Source of the DNA: a virus
Taxonomy: Duplodnaviria > Caudoviricetes
Length of the DNA stretch: 64,000 nt
Reading direction: 5' to 3' (one strand)
IMG/VR virus record: IMGVR_UViG_3300031994_000013
Location: 103,251-167,250 of that record
The notes under the pieces are model-generated. The model did no database searches, was not told the DNA's origin, and saw nothing but the letters and a program-made list of their open reading frames with translations. The position numbers and the translations under genes were made by a program. Below, piece after piece: positions 1 to 10,450 of this stretch (the first letter of the stretch is position 1; every line of letters starts with the position of its first letter).

Positions 1-366
1 TTAAGTTTGAAGCAAATGGAAGGCTCGCAACTTTTTATTATAGTAAAATTTATTAAAGAGAAGTATCAATTAAACGAAAGTCAAGTTTTTATGACTGATG
101 TAAAAAGAGTCGTGCGCGAAACTGTACTTGATTATTTGATAAGTTGCGACTATATTGAAAATGAGGTACGCCGTCTATTTGACGCGCAGAACTATATTGC
201 TGGTCTTGATAATTCCAACCTTTCTATACTTTGTAGATTCTTAGTGAATATACGGGTAAGAGATAAGGATGGCAACTATATAAATGACTTTGATGAAGAA
301 ATAGTAAAGAAATTTGAAGAGCGTAAATTTCATTTTAAAATTCCATTTCTTAAGAGGTAATAAGAT

Positions 367-585
367 ATGAACCGTACTGAATTAATTAATACCCTGGCTC
401 GGCGCGATAACATTACATTTGAAGAAGCATATCAAAGTGTAATGGAGTGCGCCGACATCATTAATGCTATATTGGAAGATAGCGATAATATACCCCCTTA
501 TCAACTTTATGAACTTGCTGTTGAAATTCTTGCTGATGAATTAGGATTAGAACCTGATTATCTAGATGCAGTATTAGATTTATGA
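367..585 (+). CDS. hypothetical phage protein
   Basis: 72 aa ORF, RBS-like GAGG upstream, coupled to next ORF. Confidence 0.6.
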   Translation: MNRTELINTLARRDNITFEEAYQSVMECADIINAILEDSDNIPPYQLYELAVEILADELGLEPDYLDAVLDL

Positions 586-824
586 CACATATTACATACT
601 ATATTGTAGATGCTTACAACAAGTATGAACGCAATAATAATGTAGTATATCGCTTTGAATATAATAGGCGTGAATGGTGTATAAGAAAAGTTGATAGCTT
701 TGAATGGGGTAAGCCACAATTTGATGAATTGCCGCTTGACAGTGAGTTTATAGAGTATAAGATTTATGACAATTTGGATGATGCAATTAAATATTGTAGA
801 AGTTTGAAAGGAGTAATTATATGA
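582..824 (+). CDS. hypothetical phage protein
   Basis: 80 aa ORF overlapping both neighbours by 4 nt. Confidence 0.6.
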   Translation: MTHITYYIVDAYNKYERNNNVVYRFEYNRREWCIRKVDSFEWGKPQFDELPLDSEFIEYKIYDNLDDAIKYCRSLKGVII

Positions 825-1363
825 GTAAAGTTCTTGTAGTTGTAGATGTACAAAATGATTTTATTACTGGTGCTCTAGCTAATCCTGCGGCAGAAAAAGC
901 GTTGCCGCAAGTAAAGAAGTTAGTGGAACAGGCGCGAGCCAATCAAGATGAAATTATTTTTACTATGGATACGCACGAAAAAAATTATTTAGAAACGCAC
1001 GAAGGCAAACTACTACCTATCCCTCATTGTATTAGTGGTAGTTGGGGTTGGAAGCTTGCAGATGGTTTGCGACGCAAGGATCTTATTTCTGATAAGGAGC
1101 GTGTAATTTTGAAGTGGCAATTTGGCGCAGAACCTGGAGACTTTTTTGCAAGAATTGATAGAGATGTAGAACAAATTGATATTTGTGGCTTTGTTTCCTC
1201 TATTTGCGTAGTTTCTAACGCTCTAATTTTGCGCGCACTTTATCCTGAAGCAGACATTGCCTTCCATGCCTACGCTTCCGCGGGACTAACCCCTGAAGAC
1301 CACGAAGCAGCTTGTAAAGTAATGGAATGCTGTCAGATTAAGGTTATCAGAGAAGCCGAATAA
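821..1363 (+). CDS. pncA: nicotinamidase (isochorismatase family)
   Basis: VVVDVQNDF, DTH, PHC, CGFVSSICV motifs. Confidence 0.9.
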   Translation: MSKVLVVVDVQNDFITGALANPAAEKALPQVKKLVEQARANQDEIIFTMDTHEKNYLETHEGKLLPIPHCISGSWGWKLADGLRRKDLISDKERVILKWQFGAEPGDFFARIDRDVEQIDICGFVSSICVVSNALILRALYPEADIAFHAYASAGLTPEDHEAACKVMECCQIKVIREAE

Positions 1364-1364
1364 T

Positions 1365-1393
1365 TTGACTTTTTTCTGAAATTATAGTATAAT
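1365..1393 (+). promoter_or_regulatory. sigma-A-type promoter
   Basis: TTGACT-17 nt-TATAAT upstream of pncB. Confidence 0.8.
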
Positions 1394-1421
1394 TTATATA
1401 TAAAAGAAAGGAAGTAAAATT

Positions 1422-2621
1422 ATGAAATACCAGAGAATCGTGCGAGGACTTACAGATACCGACCTATATAAGTTCAATATGCTACAGGTTATTTTTAATC
1501 GCCATACCGACCTCACGGGTGTTTATGAGTTTGTATGCCGCAATAAGGGTGTGAAATTCACTGACGCAATGGTGGATGAAATCGAGCAACAGGTCAATGC
1601 GCTGTGTAACCTGCGCTTTACTGACACAGAAATTGACTACCTACGCACAATTCGCTTTCTGAAGCCTGGCTTTGTTGAGTTCCTGCGTTTCTGGTATCCG
1701 CGCCGCGAGTATGTAGAAATTAGCCGAGATGCAGATTGCGGCTTGAAGATTGAGGTGCGCGGGCCCCTCTTCGCGGCGATGATGTTTGAAATTTACTTGC
1801 TTGAAATCGTTAGTGAAGTTTATTACCGTGAAACCTATGATTGGGAAAAGTTAAGTGCTGACTTTATGGCGCTAACTGATGAAAAGGTACAAAAGTTCCA
1901 GAATGGCATTTATACTTTTAAGTTTGCCGATTTTGGTTGCCGCCGCAGATTCTCTTATGACCTTGAAGAATACGCAGTTAATGAATATGCTAAATGCGGA
2001 GCACTAATTGGTACTTCCAATGTAATGCTCGCAATGAATTATAATTTGAAACCAATCGGCACAATGGCACACGAGATGTTCCAGATGTATCAAGGCATTC
2101 CCTCCATTCCCCTTGCTTATACCACTAAAGCTTGCCTTGATGAATGGTATGATGTGTATCAGGGTGATAACGGCGTGGCACTAACCGACACACTTACCAC
2201 AGACCTCTTCCTTCTTGATTTTGACCGTAAGATGGCGGCAACCTTTACTGGTGTAAGAAATGATAGCGGCGACCCCTACGAATGGGGCGAGCGCATGATT
2301 AAGCACTGGAAGACCCTAAATATTGACCCCAAGACAAAGACGCTATTGTTTTCTAACTCCCTTACTCTTGATGAAGCACAGGCTCTATATGAATATTTTA
2401 AAGATAAGGCAATGGTAGGCTTTGGTATTGGCGGTCACATCTGCACTGAGGCACCCGGCGTAACGCCGCTAAATATTGTTATCAAACTTCAGTATGTTGA
2501 TAATCAGCCTGTTGCGAAGATTTCGGACGATGAAGGCAAAACGCTTTGTCAGGATAAGGAATATATTGAATACTTGAAGAACGCAATTAACTTTAGATTG
2601 AATAGAGAAAGGAAACGGTAA
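1422..2621 (+). CDS. pncB: nicotinate phosphoribosyltransferase
   Basis: DTDLYKFNM, DFGCRRRFS, GTSNV, GTMAHE, DSGDP, KISDDEGK motifs. Confidence 0.95.
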   Translation: MKYQRIVRGLTDTDLYKFNMLQVIFNRHTDLTGVYEFVCRNKGVKFTDAMVDEIEQQVNALCNLRFTDTEIDYLRTIRFLKPGFVEFLRFWYPRREYVEISRDADCGLKIEVRGPLFAAMMFEIYLLEIVSEVYYRETYDWEKLSADFMALTDEKVQKFQNGIYTFKFADFGCRRRFSYDLEEYAVNEYAKCGALIGTSNVMLAMNYNLKPIGTMAHEMFQMYQGIPSIPLAYTTKACLDEWYDVYQGDNGVALTDTLTTDLFLLDFDRKMAATFTGVRNDSGDPYEWGERMIKHWKTLNIDPKTKTLLFSNSLTLDEAQALYEYFKDKAMVGFGIGGHICTEAPGVTPLNIVIKLQYVDNQPVAKISDDEGKTLCQDKEYIEYLKNAINFRLNRERKR

Positions 2622-2626
2622 TAGGT

Positions 2627-3982
2627 ATGAAAAGGATTGGCTATTTTGGTGGCACATTCGACCCCATTCATAACGGGCATTTGAAACTTGCTAAAACTGT
2701 TATGGATAAGATGTTTCTTGATGCTGTAGTATTCATTCCTTCCGGCGAATCGTATCAAAAAACTAATGTTACTCCTGCGATATATCGCGTTGAAATGGTA
2801 CAGAAAGCTATTGCTCCCTATTATGATTTTATCTGTGATACTATGGATGTTAATCGTGATGGTCCAACTTACACAGTTGATACAGTAAAGTATATCATGT
2901 ATAACTATATCCGTGATGATGAGATTACTCCATATTGGATTATGGGCGCAGACGCATTCTTAAATATTAAAACTTATAAAAATTATGAAAAGATTCTTAG
3001 TATGATTAATATTATTATCGTAGATCGCGGCGATAGATGGGAAGAGATTAAGAAACTTACAGACGAGTTACGCAGTGAGCGGTATTGCGAAGGATTTGAT
3101 TATGTGACCTTTAATGATAATACTTCTTCCACTGAAGTTCGAGAGCTAATTAATCAGGGCAGGATTGCGGAAGCCAACATTCCCACAAGCGTATATGACT
3201 ACATTCTTACTAACGGGCTATATAAATCTTTCAATGGCTGTGTCGCCGCCCAGTATGTTGTTAATTGGATTCGCAATAAAATGAATGGGTTTAACGAAAA
3301 TAGTAAGGCTGTTATTGGAATTAGTGGCGGCAAAGACAGCACGGTTATAGCAGCACTGTGTGTAAGGGCATTAGGTAAAGATAGAGTAATTGGTGTGCGA
3401 CTTCCTAATGGCATTCAGTCTGACCTTGCTGATGCCCATCGAGTATGCGATCTATTAGGTATTAGAAGTTTTGAGATGAATATCGAAAAAACTTATTATC
3501 ATACCATTTATGATATAGAAAGATATGTACCAGTTGATACAACAGAAGCCTGTAGAATTAATATCGCTCCTCGCCTTCGTATGACTTATCTCTATGCAGT
3601 TGCACAAACCATTGGTAATGCTTTTGTAATCAATACTTGTAATCTAAGTGAAGATTGGGTTGGTTATAGCACATGGCACGGTGACAGCGCAGGTGATTTC
3701 AGTCCTCTTGCTAAATATACTAGTGAAGAAGTAGTAGCTATTGGTGATGCTCTTGGGCTGCCTTACGACCTTACACATAAAACGCCTGCAGACGGTCTGT
3801 GCGGAAAAACAGATGAAGATAATCTTGGTTTTACCTATCACGAACTAAACGAATATATTCGCGGCCGTGAAGAACCCGCGCCCGAAATTAAGGCATTGAT
3901 TGACAAGAAGCATAAGGCGAATCTCTTTAAGCTTCAGCCGCTAGATACCTGCCCTTACTATAAAGGAGAAGAAAACCAATGA
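2627..3982 (+). CDS. nadD/nadE: NadD-NadE fusion (nicotinate-nucleotide adenylyltransferase + NH3-dependent NAD synthetase)
   Basis: N-term GGTFDPIHNGH, MGAD, SSTEVR; C-term GISGGKDS, NIAPRLRM, GYSTWHGD, DEDNLGFTY. Confidence 0.93.
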   Translation: MKRIGYFGGTFDPIHNGHLKLAKTVMDKMFLDAVVFIPSGESYQKTNVTPAIYRVEMVQKAIAPYYDFICDTMDVNRDGPTYTVDTVKYIMYNYIRDDEITPYWIMGADAFLNIKTYKNYEKILSMINIIIVDRGDRWEEIKKLTDELRSERYCEGFDYVTFNDNTSSTEVRELINQGRIAEANIPTSVYDYILTNGLYKSFNGCVAAQYVVNWIRNKMNGFNENSKAVIGISGGKDSTVIAALCVRALGKDRVIGVRLPNGIQSDLADAHRVCDLLGIRSFEMNIEKTYYHTIYDIERYVPVDTTEACRINIAPRLRMTYLYAVAQTIGNAFVINTCNLSEDWVGYSTWHGDSAGDFSPLAKYTSEEVVAIGDALGLPYDLTHKTPADGLCGKTDEDNLGFTYHELNEYIRGREEPAPEIKALIDKKHKANLFKLQPLDTCPYYKGEENQ

Positions 3983-4506
3983 AAATGAAAGATGTAAGGC
4001 CATATAGCGTATGGACTTATCCATACTCGCGCCGCTACTACTGGCGGCATCCTTGGGTCTTATTGAAAGATTTTTGGTGGAATCTTAAAGCAGCTTATTG
4101 GAGAAGCAAGTATGGTTTTGCACCACGAGATGTTTGGGAGCTTGGTTATACCTTTCTAGAGGTCATGCCACAGATGTTAAAATATTTGGCAGAAAATGGT
4201 AGCGGCTATCCCGGTGATGATGAATTTCCAACTCCTGAAAGTTGGTATAATCATCTAATGTCAATTGCTAATCTACTTGAAAATGCGCGTGATGCAGTTA
4301 GAGATGAGAAAAATGAATACTATCCCGCGTATAGAGATAAAATCAATGGCAACTGGCGTCCAGATAATGCAAAGACTTTTACTCCTGACGATATTGTAAA
4401 GCGCTATATCAATCGTGATAATGAACTTGCGCGCGAACAAGATATTATGATTGAGGAAGCATTAGAGCTTCTTAAAAAGACACAACTTAAAGCACTTTGG
4501 GATTAG
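3979..4506 (+). CDS. hypothetical Trp-rich phage protein
   Basis: 175 aa ORF coupled to nadD/E. Confidence 0.65.
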   Translation: MKMKDVRPYSVWTYPYSRRYYWRHPWVLLKDFWWNLKAAYWRSKYGFAPRDVWELGYTFLEVMPQMLKYLAENGSGYPGDDEFPTPESWYNHLMSIANLLENARDAVRDEKNEYYPAYRDKINGNWRPDNAKTFTPDDIVKRYINRDNELAREQDIMIEEALELLKKTQLKALWD

Positions 4507-4521
4507 AAATGGATAAATAAA

Positions 4522-4815
4522 ATGAGTTGGATTTATGAAAATATCGAATTTATTGCTGGCTTGCTAATTGGTCTTTGTACTACTATCCTTATTTGTTTGG
4601 GTGCTTCTCTATATATGTGGAAGCACGACCATACGGATATGTGCTTGGTAGAAGAAGTAGAAGAAAATAAGAATGTATATGAGTGTAAGTGTTGTGGCGC
4701 CAAGACTCTTCATGATGAAACCATTGCCTTCCCACGTTATTGTGCTGGTTGCGGCCGCGAGGTAGAATATATTTACAATAAAGACGAAGGAAAGCAGGTA
4801 ACATGGAACTCATAA
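4522..4815 (+). CDS. membrane-anchored Zn-ribbon protein
   Basis: N-term hydrophobic helix, CKCC...CAGC. Confidence 0.55.
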   Translation: MSWIYENIEFIAGLLIGLCTTILICLGASLYMWKHDHTDMCLVEEVEENKNVYECKCCGAKTLHDETIAFPRYCAGCGREVEYIYNKDEGKQVTWNS

Positions 4816-5097
4816 TTTATTGCTGTGTTATAAGTATAATAAAAGTTGGCGTTATTATTTGGTATCTAAAACAGCATAATGCACTTTAAGGAGAAAAAAT
4901 GGTTATTTATTCTGCTACCTACCCCGGCTGTATTAAAATTTGTGAAAATTGCGGCTGTCTTTTTGGTTTTAATCCTTCACAAGATATATATGAAGGAAAT
5001 GTAGTATATTGTCCGTTGTGCCACTACAAAATGAATAGCGGTATATATAATGCAGAATGGCGTTATGCAATCGAACACCGCGAGGAGGCACAACCAA

Positions 5098-5799
5098 ATG
5101 TTGAAGAAAACTCTAATAGTAATGGCGGTGCTGATTCTTCTTCTACTACTAGCCAGCAAGACGGGAGCAACGGAGCAGGAAATATATAGCTTCGGTAATT
5201 ACTGGCAGACTTATGAATTAGATGGCGAGAAATCGCCGCTTGAATGGCTCATTTTAGACGAAACAGATGATGCTTATCTTTTAATAACTAAATATAGCAT
5301 AGATGCTAATATTTTTAATCATAATAACGCATACACTACTTGGAGCAATAGTGCTATGCGTAAATTTTTGAATTCTTATTTCTATAATGAATGTTTTACA
5401 GAAGAAGAAAAAGAACGCATACTTTTAACAACTGTTGAACCCGATGTTAATGATGAATATAAAAAGGTGCAGCAGGGACCGACTACTAAGGATTATGTTT
5501 TTCTACTTAGTGCGCGCGAAGCAATACAATATTTTGCTACCAACGACAGTCGTGTAGCATATGCTACATCCTTCGCTACTATAGGTCATGCTCGTATTAT
5601 AGGTAATAAATGGGCGGGTGTATATACCAGCTTTGCTACTGGCGCGACCTGTTGGCGCTTGAGAACTATGGGTATGGATAATTATCATGCCTGCGCCGTG
5701 CATGAAAACGGCACAATTTCTATGGGCGGCGATATTCTTTTTGCGCCACATTATGCAGTGCGTCCATGCATTTGGATAAGAAAAGGTGAATTGCAATGA
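5098..5799 (+). CDS. secreted DUF6273-like protein
   Basis: signal peptide, FGNYWQ..PLEWLIL, DYVFLLSAREA, WRLRT, VRPCIWI. Confidence 0.7.
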   Translation: MLKKTLIVMAVLILLLLLASKTGATEQEIYSFGNYWQTYELDGEKSPLEWLILDETDDAYLLITKYSIDANIFNHNNAYTTWSNSAMRKFLNSYFYNECFTEEEKERILLTTVEPDVNDEYKKVQQGPTTKDYVFLLSAREAIQYFATNDSRVAYATSFATIGHARIIGNKWAGVYTSFATGATCWRLRTMGMDNYHACAVHENGTISMGGDILFAPHYAVRPCIWIRKGELQ

Positions 5800-6149
5800 T
5801 TGCCTTTATTTTCTTATTATGTGCTTGGTTTGGTATAGGCGCAATATACAATGTATATAAATTTTGTATCAAAGAGCATCAGGGATTCAGAGGATTATTA
5901 GACTGGTTTAAGGAGTCTTGGAAATAATGATTACATATATTGTAAGAAAGAATAATGAAATGCTATGCGGCAATTGCCGACTGCGGCTGCCACGCCTTTC
6001 GTCTATCTGTCCCTTTTGTGGCGGAATTTTTTCAAATTTTCAAATTATTTTAAGAGAACTTTTTCATGATTATGAAGTCGGACATTTGACTTACGATGAA
6101 ATTTGTGATATAATTTTATTAGAAGAAAGAGAGAGCGAGGAAATTTTAG

Positions 6150-6698
6150 ATGCTTCAGATAAGAAAGAATGTTTTTGAAACCAATTCATCTTCCTCCCAT
6201 TCACTTTGTGTTTTAAAGGAAAATAAGCCGCTTGGAGAAGTTGATTCAAATTGGCGTGTAGATGGCTATGGAATTTTACGCTTTTACAGTGAAGATAACC
6301 TCCAATTTGGTAGATGGCCTTTTTGTATTCTAGATAATTGGTATGACCGTCTATGTTACGCGCTTGCCAGCTATGCGGATGATAATCAAAAAAGAAAAGA
6401 AATTACTGAAATTTGTCGTAAGCATATTGAATTTTTCGTAGATTTTGAGTTCCCGAAAAATCCTTGGTGGAATGAAGATAAAGACCCAGCAGAAGAGAAA
6501 TATTTTTATGGCTGTATAGACCATCAATCTATGAGTTTATTGTCTAGTTTTCTTCAAACTCATAATATTTCTCTTGAAGATTTTATCTTCAATGATAGAT
6601 ATTTAGTTATTATTGATGGCGATGAGTATCATTACTTTGATAGATTACAAGCATTGCCCGTTTGGAACGCAAAAGCAGTGGAGGAAATTTATGATTAA
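6150..6698 (+). CDS. ETNSSS-motif phage protein 1
   Basis: QIRKNVFETNSSSSHS, IDHQS. Confidence 0.75.
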   Translation: MLQIRKNVFETNSSSSHSLCVLKENKPLGEVDSNWRVDGYGILRFYSEDNLQFGRWPFCILDNWYDRLCYALASYADDNQKRKEITEICRKHIEFFVDFEFPKNPWWNEDKDPAEEKYFYGCIDHQSMSLLSSFLQTHNISLEDFIFNDRYLVIIDGDEYHYFDRLQALPVWNAKAVEEIYD

Positions 6699-7083
6699 CA
6701 TTAGAACAGGTGTATGGGAAACTAATTCGTCAAGCGTTCATTCTCTTATTATGACAGATGAAGATACATATAAGAAGTTGGGGCGCGGCGACCTGCTAAT
6801 TGGTGGCTATAATACCGACTTTGAGGACGAATTTATTACTTACGAACAAGCATATCAGGCTTTAAAAGAGTTGTTTGAAAAGTATCCCGACTTTTATGCA
6901 AGGTATGATATTACAAATTTGGACGACTGTGATCGTGATTACATAGAAACAATCATGGGACAAGAAGATATTGCCTATACTCTAGAGACTTATGGCGGAA
7001 CCTATTATGAGAAGTTTGAAGATTTTTATACTACTCCAAAGGGCGAAAAGATAGTTGCATTCGGATATTACGGGCATGACTAA
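6691..7083 (+). CDS. ETNSSS-motif phage protein 2
   Basis: IRTGVWETNSSSVHS, ends AFGYYGHD; GGAGG RBS before 6691. Confidence 0.75.
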   Translation: MINIRTGVWETNSSSVHSLIMTDEDTYKKLGRGDLLIGGYNTDFEDEFITYEQAYQALKELFEKYPDFYARYDITNLDDCDRDYIETIMGQEDIAYTLETYGGTYYEKFEDFYTTPKGEKIVAFGYYGHD

Positions 7084-7238
7084 AATGGACTGTTGTGATA
7101 ACTGTAAATACTACGATTGGTATTATGATTGGTGCGATAAGTGGAAATGTAAAGTAGATACTAGAAAAATTCATAACTGCTTTGAAAAATACGATACTCC
7201 AATTTATGACATGATGGTTGGAGTAGAAAGGAAAGACA

Positions 7239-8132
7239 ATGATTGGAAGCAAGATAATTGGGAAATATAGGAACGGAAATTATAATTGCATTATTTGTGA
7301 TGATGGAACAAAAATTAGATACAATGATGCTGAATACTTCGCGCCTGAATTTCCCGAATCTATGGATGTGAAAATTTCTAATAAATGCGATATGGGTTGT
7401 CCTATGTGTCACGAGCGTTCTACGCCCGATGGTGATTTAGCTAATCTAAATCATCCTATTTTTGATTCATTGCCAAAATTTACCGAGCTCGCGCTCGGCG
7501 GCGGCAATGTACTAGAGCATCCAGACCTCGTACCATTCCTTGAGCGTATGCGCGAGCGCCATGTCATTTGTAATATGACGCTTCATCTCTCTCATTTCGA
7601 GCAGGCGGCCGCGAAAGTTAAGTTATGGCATGATAATGGTTTAGTTCATGGCGTAGGTATTTCCGTAAATACCGTTCCCACCGACTATCAGCTTACGCTT
7701 CTTCGTTCTAACTCTGACTTCGTAGTTCATGTAATTGCTGGTGTCGTGCCCGTTGAAGCTATGATGAAAATGTATGATTGCGGCCTTAAACTGCTTATTC
7801 TTGGCTATAAAAATTATGGTCGTGGTGAGCATTATCTTGAACTTCATCCTGAAACAATGGCTAGGATAGCACAATTTGAAGCGCTTATTCCTGAATTTAA
7901 AGAGCATTTTAAACTTCTTAGCTTTGATAATCTCGCTCTTTCTCAACTTCATATAAAGAAGTATGTATCCGAGGAAGAATGGAATACTTCCTATATGGGC
8001 GATGACGGTCAATTTACTATGTATCTTGATATGGTAAAGGAAGAATATGCCAAGTCCTCTATTTCAGACAGAAAGCCTATTTTTTCCAACGATATCCGTG
8101 ATTTGTTTTCTAAAGTAAGGAAAGAAATATGA
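7239..8132 (+). CDS. radical SAM protein
   Basis: CDMGCPMC (CxxxCxxC), ALGGG. Confidence 0.9.
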   Translation: MIGSKIIGKYRNGNYNCIICDDGTKIRYNDAEYFAPEFPESMDVKISNKCDMGCPMCHERSTPDGDLANLNHPIFDSLPKFTELALGGGNVLEHPDLVPFLERMRERHVICNMTLHLSHFEQAAAKVKLWHDNGLVHGVGISVNTVPTDYQLTLLRSNSDFVVHVIAGVVPVEAMMKMYDCGLKLLILGYKNYGRGEHYLELHPETMARIAQFEALIPEFKEHFKLLSFDNLALSQLHIKKYVSEEEWNTSYMGDDGQFTMYLDMVKEEYAKSSISDRKPIFSNDIRDLFSKVRKEI

Positions 8133-8375
8133 GTGTAATTAGTGATGTAAGTATTTTAGCCGCGGGATTAGAATACGACCATAAGAATGGTTGTCTTGCT
8201 AAATGTCATGAATGTCCTTATGGAATCGCGGCTAAAGTTGAAGTAGAAAATTTTGACGATTGTCCTATATGCAATGATATAATTGAAGCATTAAGAAATG
8301 CAGAAAACAACGATAATGGTAATAAGAAATTTTTTTCCGGTTATAGACTGGGAGCGTCATTAAAAAATTATTAAA

Positions 8376-8816
8376 TTGAAAGGATTGAAAGAAATGAGAA
8401 TTAATGTTAAGCCCGAAGATTGTAAGTTTGTTATTAATCCAGAGAAACGAAAGGTAGTTTGTATATACGAAGGAACGGCTTATGACGCTCTAGATTATAT
8501 TGCAGAGCATATTGATAATATCGTAATGCTTACTCCAAAAACGCAACATTTGCAGATGCCTGGTCGTTTTGTAGGAATTGCTACATGTTCGGAAGAAGAT
8601 ACTTGGAATGAAGAGTTCGGCCGCAAGGTTGCATTTACGAAGATGCGAAAGAAGTATTATACTAGCTTCTTTAAGAAATTAAACTCTTTTATTGATTATG
8701 TAGATAAGCGTATTGCAACTTTTGTAGAAGATACAAATAAGTTTGGTGATAAGGTAGGCTACAATATCGCTAATGAAACAGAATATATTGAAAATTATCT
8801 AAAGGAGCACAATTAA
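8376..8816 (+). CDS. hypothetical phage protein
   Basis: GIATCSEEDTWNEEFGRKVA motif typical of small phage proteins. Confidence 0.6.
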   Translation: MKGLKEMRINVKPEDCKFVINPEKRKVVCIYEGTAYDALDYIAEHIDNIVMLTPKTQHLQMPGRFVGIATCSEEDTWNEEFGRKVAFTKMRKKYYTSFFKKLNSFIDYVDKRIATFVEDTNKFGDKVGYNIANETEYIENYLKEHN

Positions 8817-8945
8817 GTGCTCTTTTTTTATTTGGAGGAATAAAAATGCTGTTTAAGGAAAAGCAAGAAATTGAGTTAGAAGCGCTCGTCCCTTCAATTG
8901 AAGAAACTTATATGCTTATAAATGGCGAATTAAAGATACAGGAGG

Positions 8946-9914
8946 TTGAAAACAATGACAGAAATATTGATAAAGGGAATGACAAATAAAGAAGTTGCCA
9001 TACTAAAATATCTAATTGGTTTCTCTGAAATAAAACAGGCTACTGAAATTTTCGATGACGATTTTGACGCAGCCGTAAGGAAATTTCAAAGTGAGAATAA
9101 TTTGGCCGTAGATGGAAAGATTGGTAAACAAACAAAGAAGGCTATTGCATTAAAGGCGCCAACAACCTCTATATTAAGAAATAGAAAAAGCCGTGAAGCT
9201 TGTGCTTTACAGCTTTTTTTTAATTTAACCGTAGATGGTATTTATGGTTCTAAAACAAAGGCCGCGGTAAAAGCTTATCAAGCAGAGAAGGGTCTAAAAG
9301 CAGATGGCGTCTGCGGCCCCAAGACTTGGTTAATGATTCTTACAAACGAACAAGAAGCCTCTATCCCAAGCGGTGATTTAAATCCTGGAGCAATTAAACC
9401 AGTTGATTATAAGCAAGGGGATAAGCGTTGGGGTAAAAAGATGTATAGTAACCATGGTGATAAAAGTCAGACAATGGCGAGTTCTGCTTGCGGCCCTACC
9501 TCGATGGCAGATATTGTTGCTACTTGGTGGGATGAAAAGGTTACTCCTTACGATTTAGCATTAAAGTCTATGAGTTGGGGCACCCGTACTTATAACAGCG
9601 GCACATCAGCTACTTTTTTCCGCAGATGTGCTGAATTGTATAAAGCATCTAAATATAGCACTACTGCTAATATCGACAATGCAATTAAGTGTCTAAATGA
9701 AGGCGGATATGTTATTGTGTGCTTTGGCGTTGGCACAAAAGGTAAGAGTTCTTATAAAAAATGGACCGCAGGCGGGCACTATTGCTGTATATGGAAGTGG
9801 GATGGTAAATATTTTTATATTAATGACCCCGCTAGTAGCAAAGCCGCCCGCGCGAAGGGCACCTATGATGAAGTAAAAGATGCTCGTAAGGGCTTCTATT
9901 GCTTCTGGAAATAA
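8946..9914 (+). CDS. cell-wall hydrolase: peptidoglycan-binding repeats + C39-like Cys peptidase
   Basis: three DGxxG PG-binding repeats; YKQGD..W, ACGPTSMA, GGHY, INDP. Confidence 0.85.
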   Translation: MKTMTEILIKGMTNKEVAILKYLIGFSEIKQATEIFDDDFDAAVRKFQSENNLAVDGKIGKQTKKAIALKAPTTSILRNRKSREACALQLFFNLTVDGIYGSKTKAAVKAYQAEKGLKADGVCGPKTWLMILTNEQEASIPSGDLNPGAIKPVDYKQGDKRWGKKMYSNHGDKSQTMASSACGPTSMADIVATWWDEKVTPYDLALKSMSWGTRTYNSGTSATFFRRCAELYKASKYSTTANIDNAIKCLNEGGYVIVCFGVGTKGKSSYKKWTAGGHYCCIWKWDGKYFYINDPASSKAARAKGTYDEVKDARKGFYCFWK

Positions 9915-9920
9915 AAATAA

Positions 9921-9943
9921 GCCGATAGCCATAGGCTATCGGC
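9921..9943. terminator. hairpin between convergent genes
   Basis: GCCGATAGCC-ATA-GGCTATCGGC perfect 10-bp stem. Confidence 0.7.
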
Positions 9944-9944
9944 G

Positions 9945-10358
9945 CTATTTAAAACGCTCTTCAACATAACTGTCGTTACCAGTATAGCAAACAACTTTTA
10001 CTCCTAAATCACGCAACAATTTTTCACAACCTTCACAAGGTTTAGAAATCGCGCGCGTTCCATCTTTTAGCTCTCGATAAATATAAACAACTACATCTTT
10101 AAAGTCTATATCTAAATATCGAATTTTGCGAAACAATTGAGTTTCTGCATGACTGCGAGGCGGCTTAAGCATAATATCACTCTTGCCTTTTATTCTATAA
10201 CGATTATAAAAATACTGTGTAGGATTAGTTTTATCTGTATTATGCGCGCGGGCTAGTATAAATTTATTCTTATAAACTGCTACTGCACCCAGGTGCGCGC
10301 CATCGTAATCAGACAAATAACTTTCTTTTTTGGCTTCTTCAAAAAATCTATCTTTCAT
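9945..10358 (-). CDS. cytidine/dCMP deaminase-like Zn protein
   Basis: HAE ... SKPCEGC. Confidence 0.8.
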   Translation of the reverse strand: MKDRFFEEAKKESYLSDYDGAHLGAVAVYKNKFILARAHNTDKTNPTQYFYNRYRIKGKSDIMLKPPRSHAETQLFRKIRYLDIDFKDVVVYIYRELKDGTRAISKPCEGCEKLLRDLGVKVVCYTGNDSYVEERFK

Positions 10359-10450
10359 TATATTACCTCACTTTATAAATATATTATAACATAAATTTTA
10401 GAAAAAGTCAAAAAAAATAGAGGACACTGTAAAGTGTCCTCTTTATTTTT

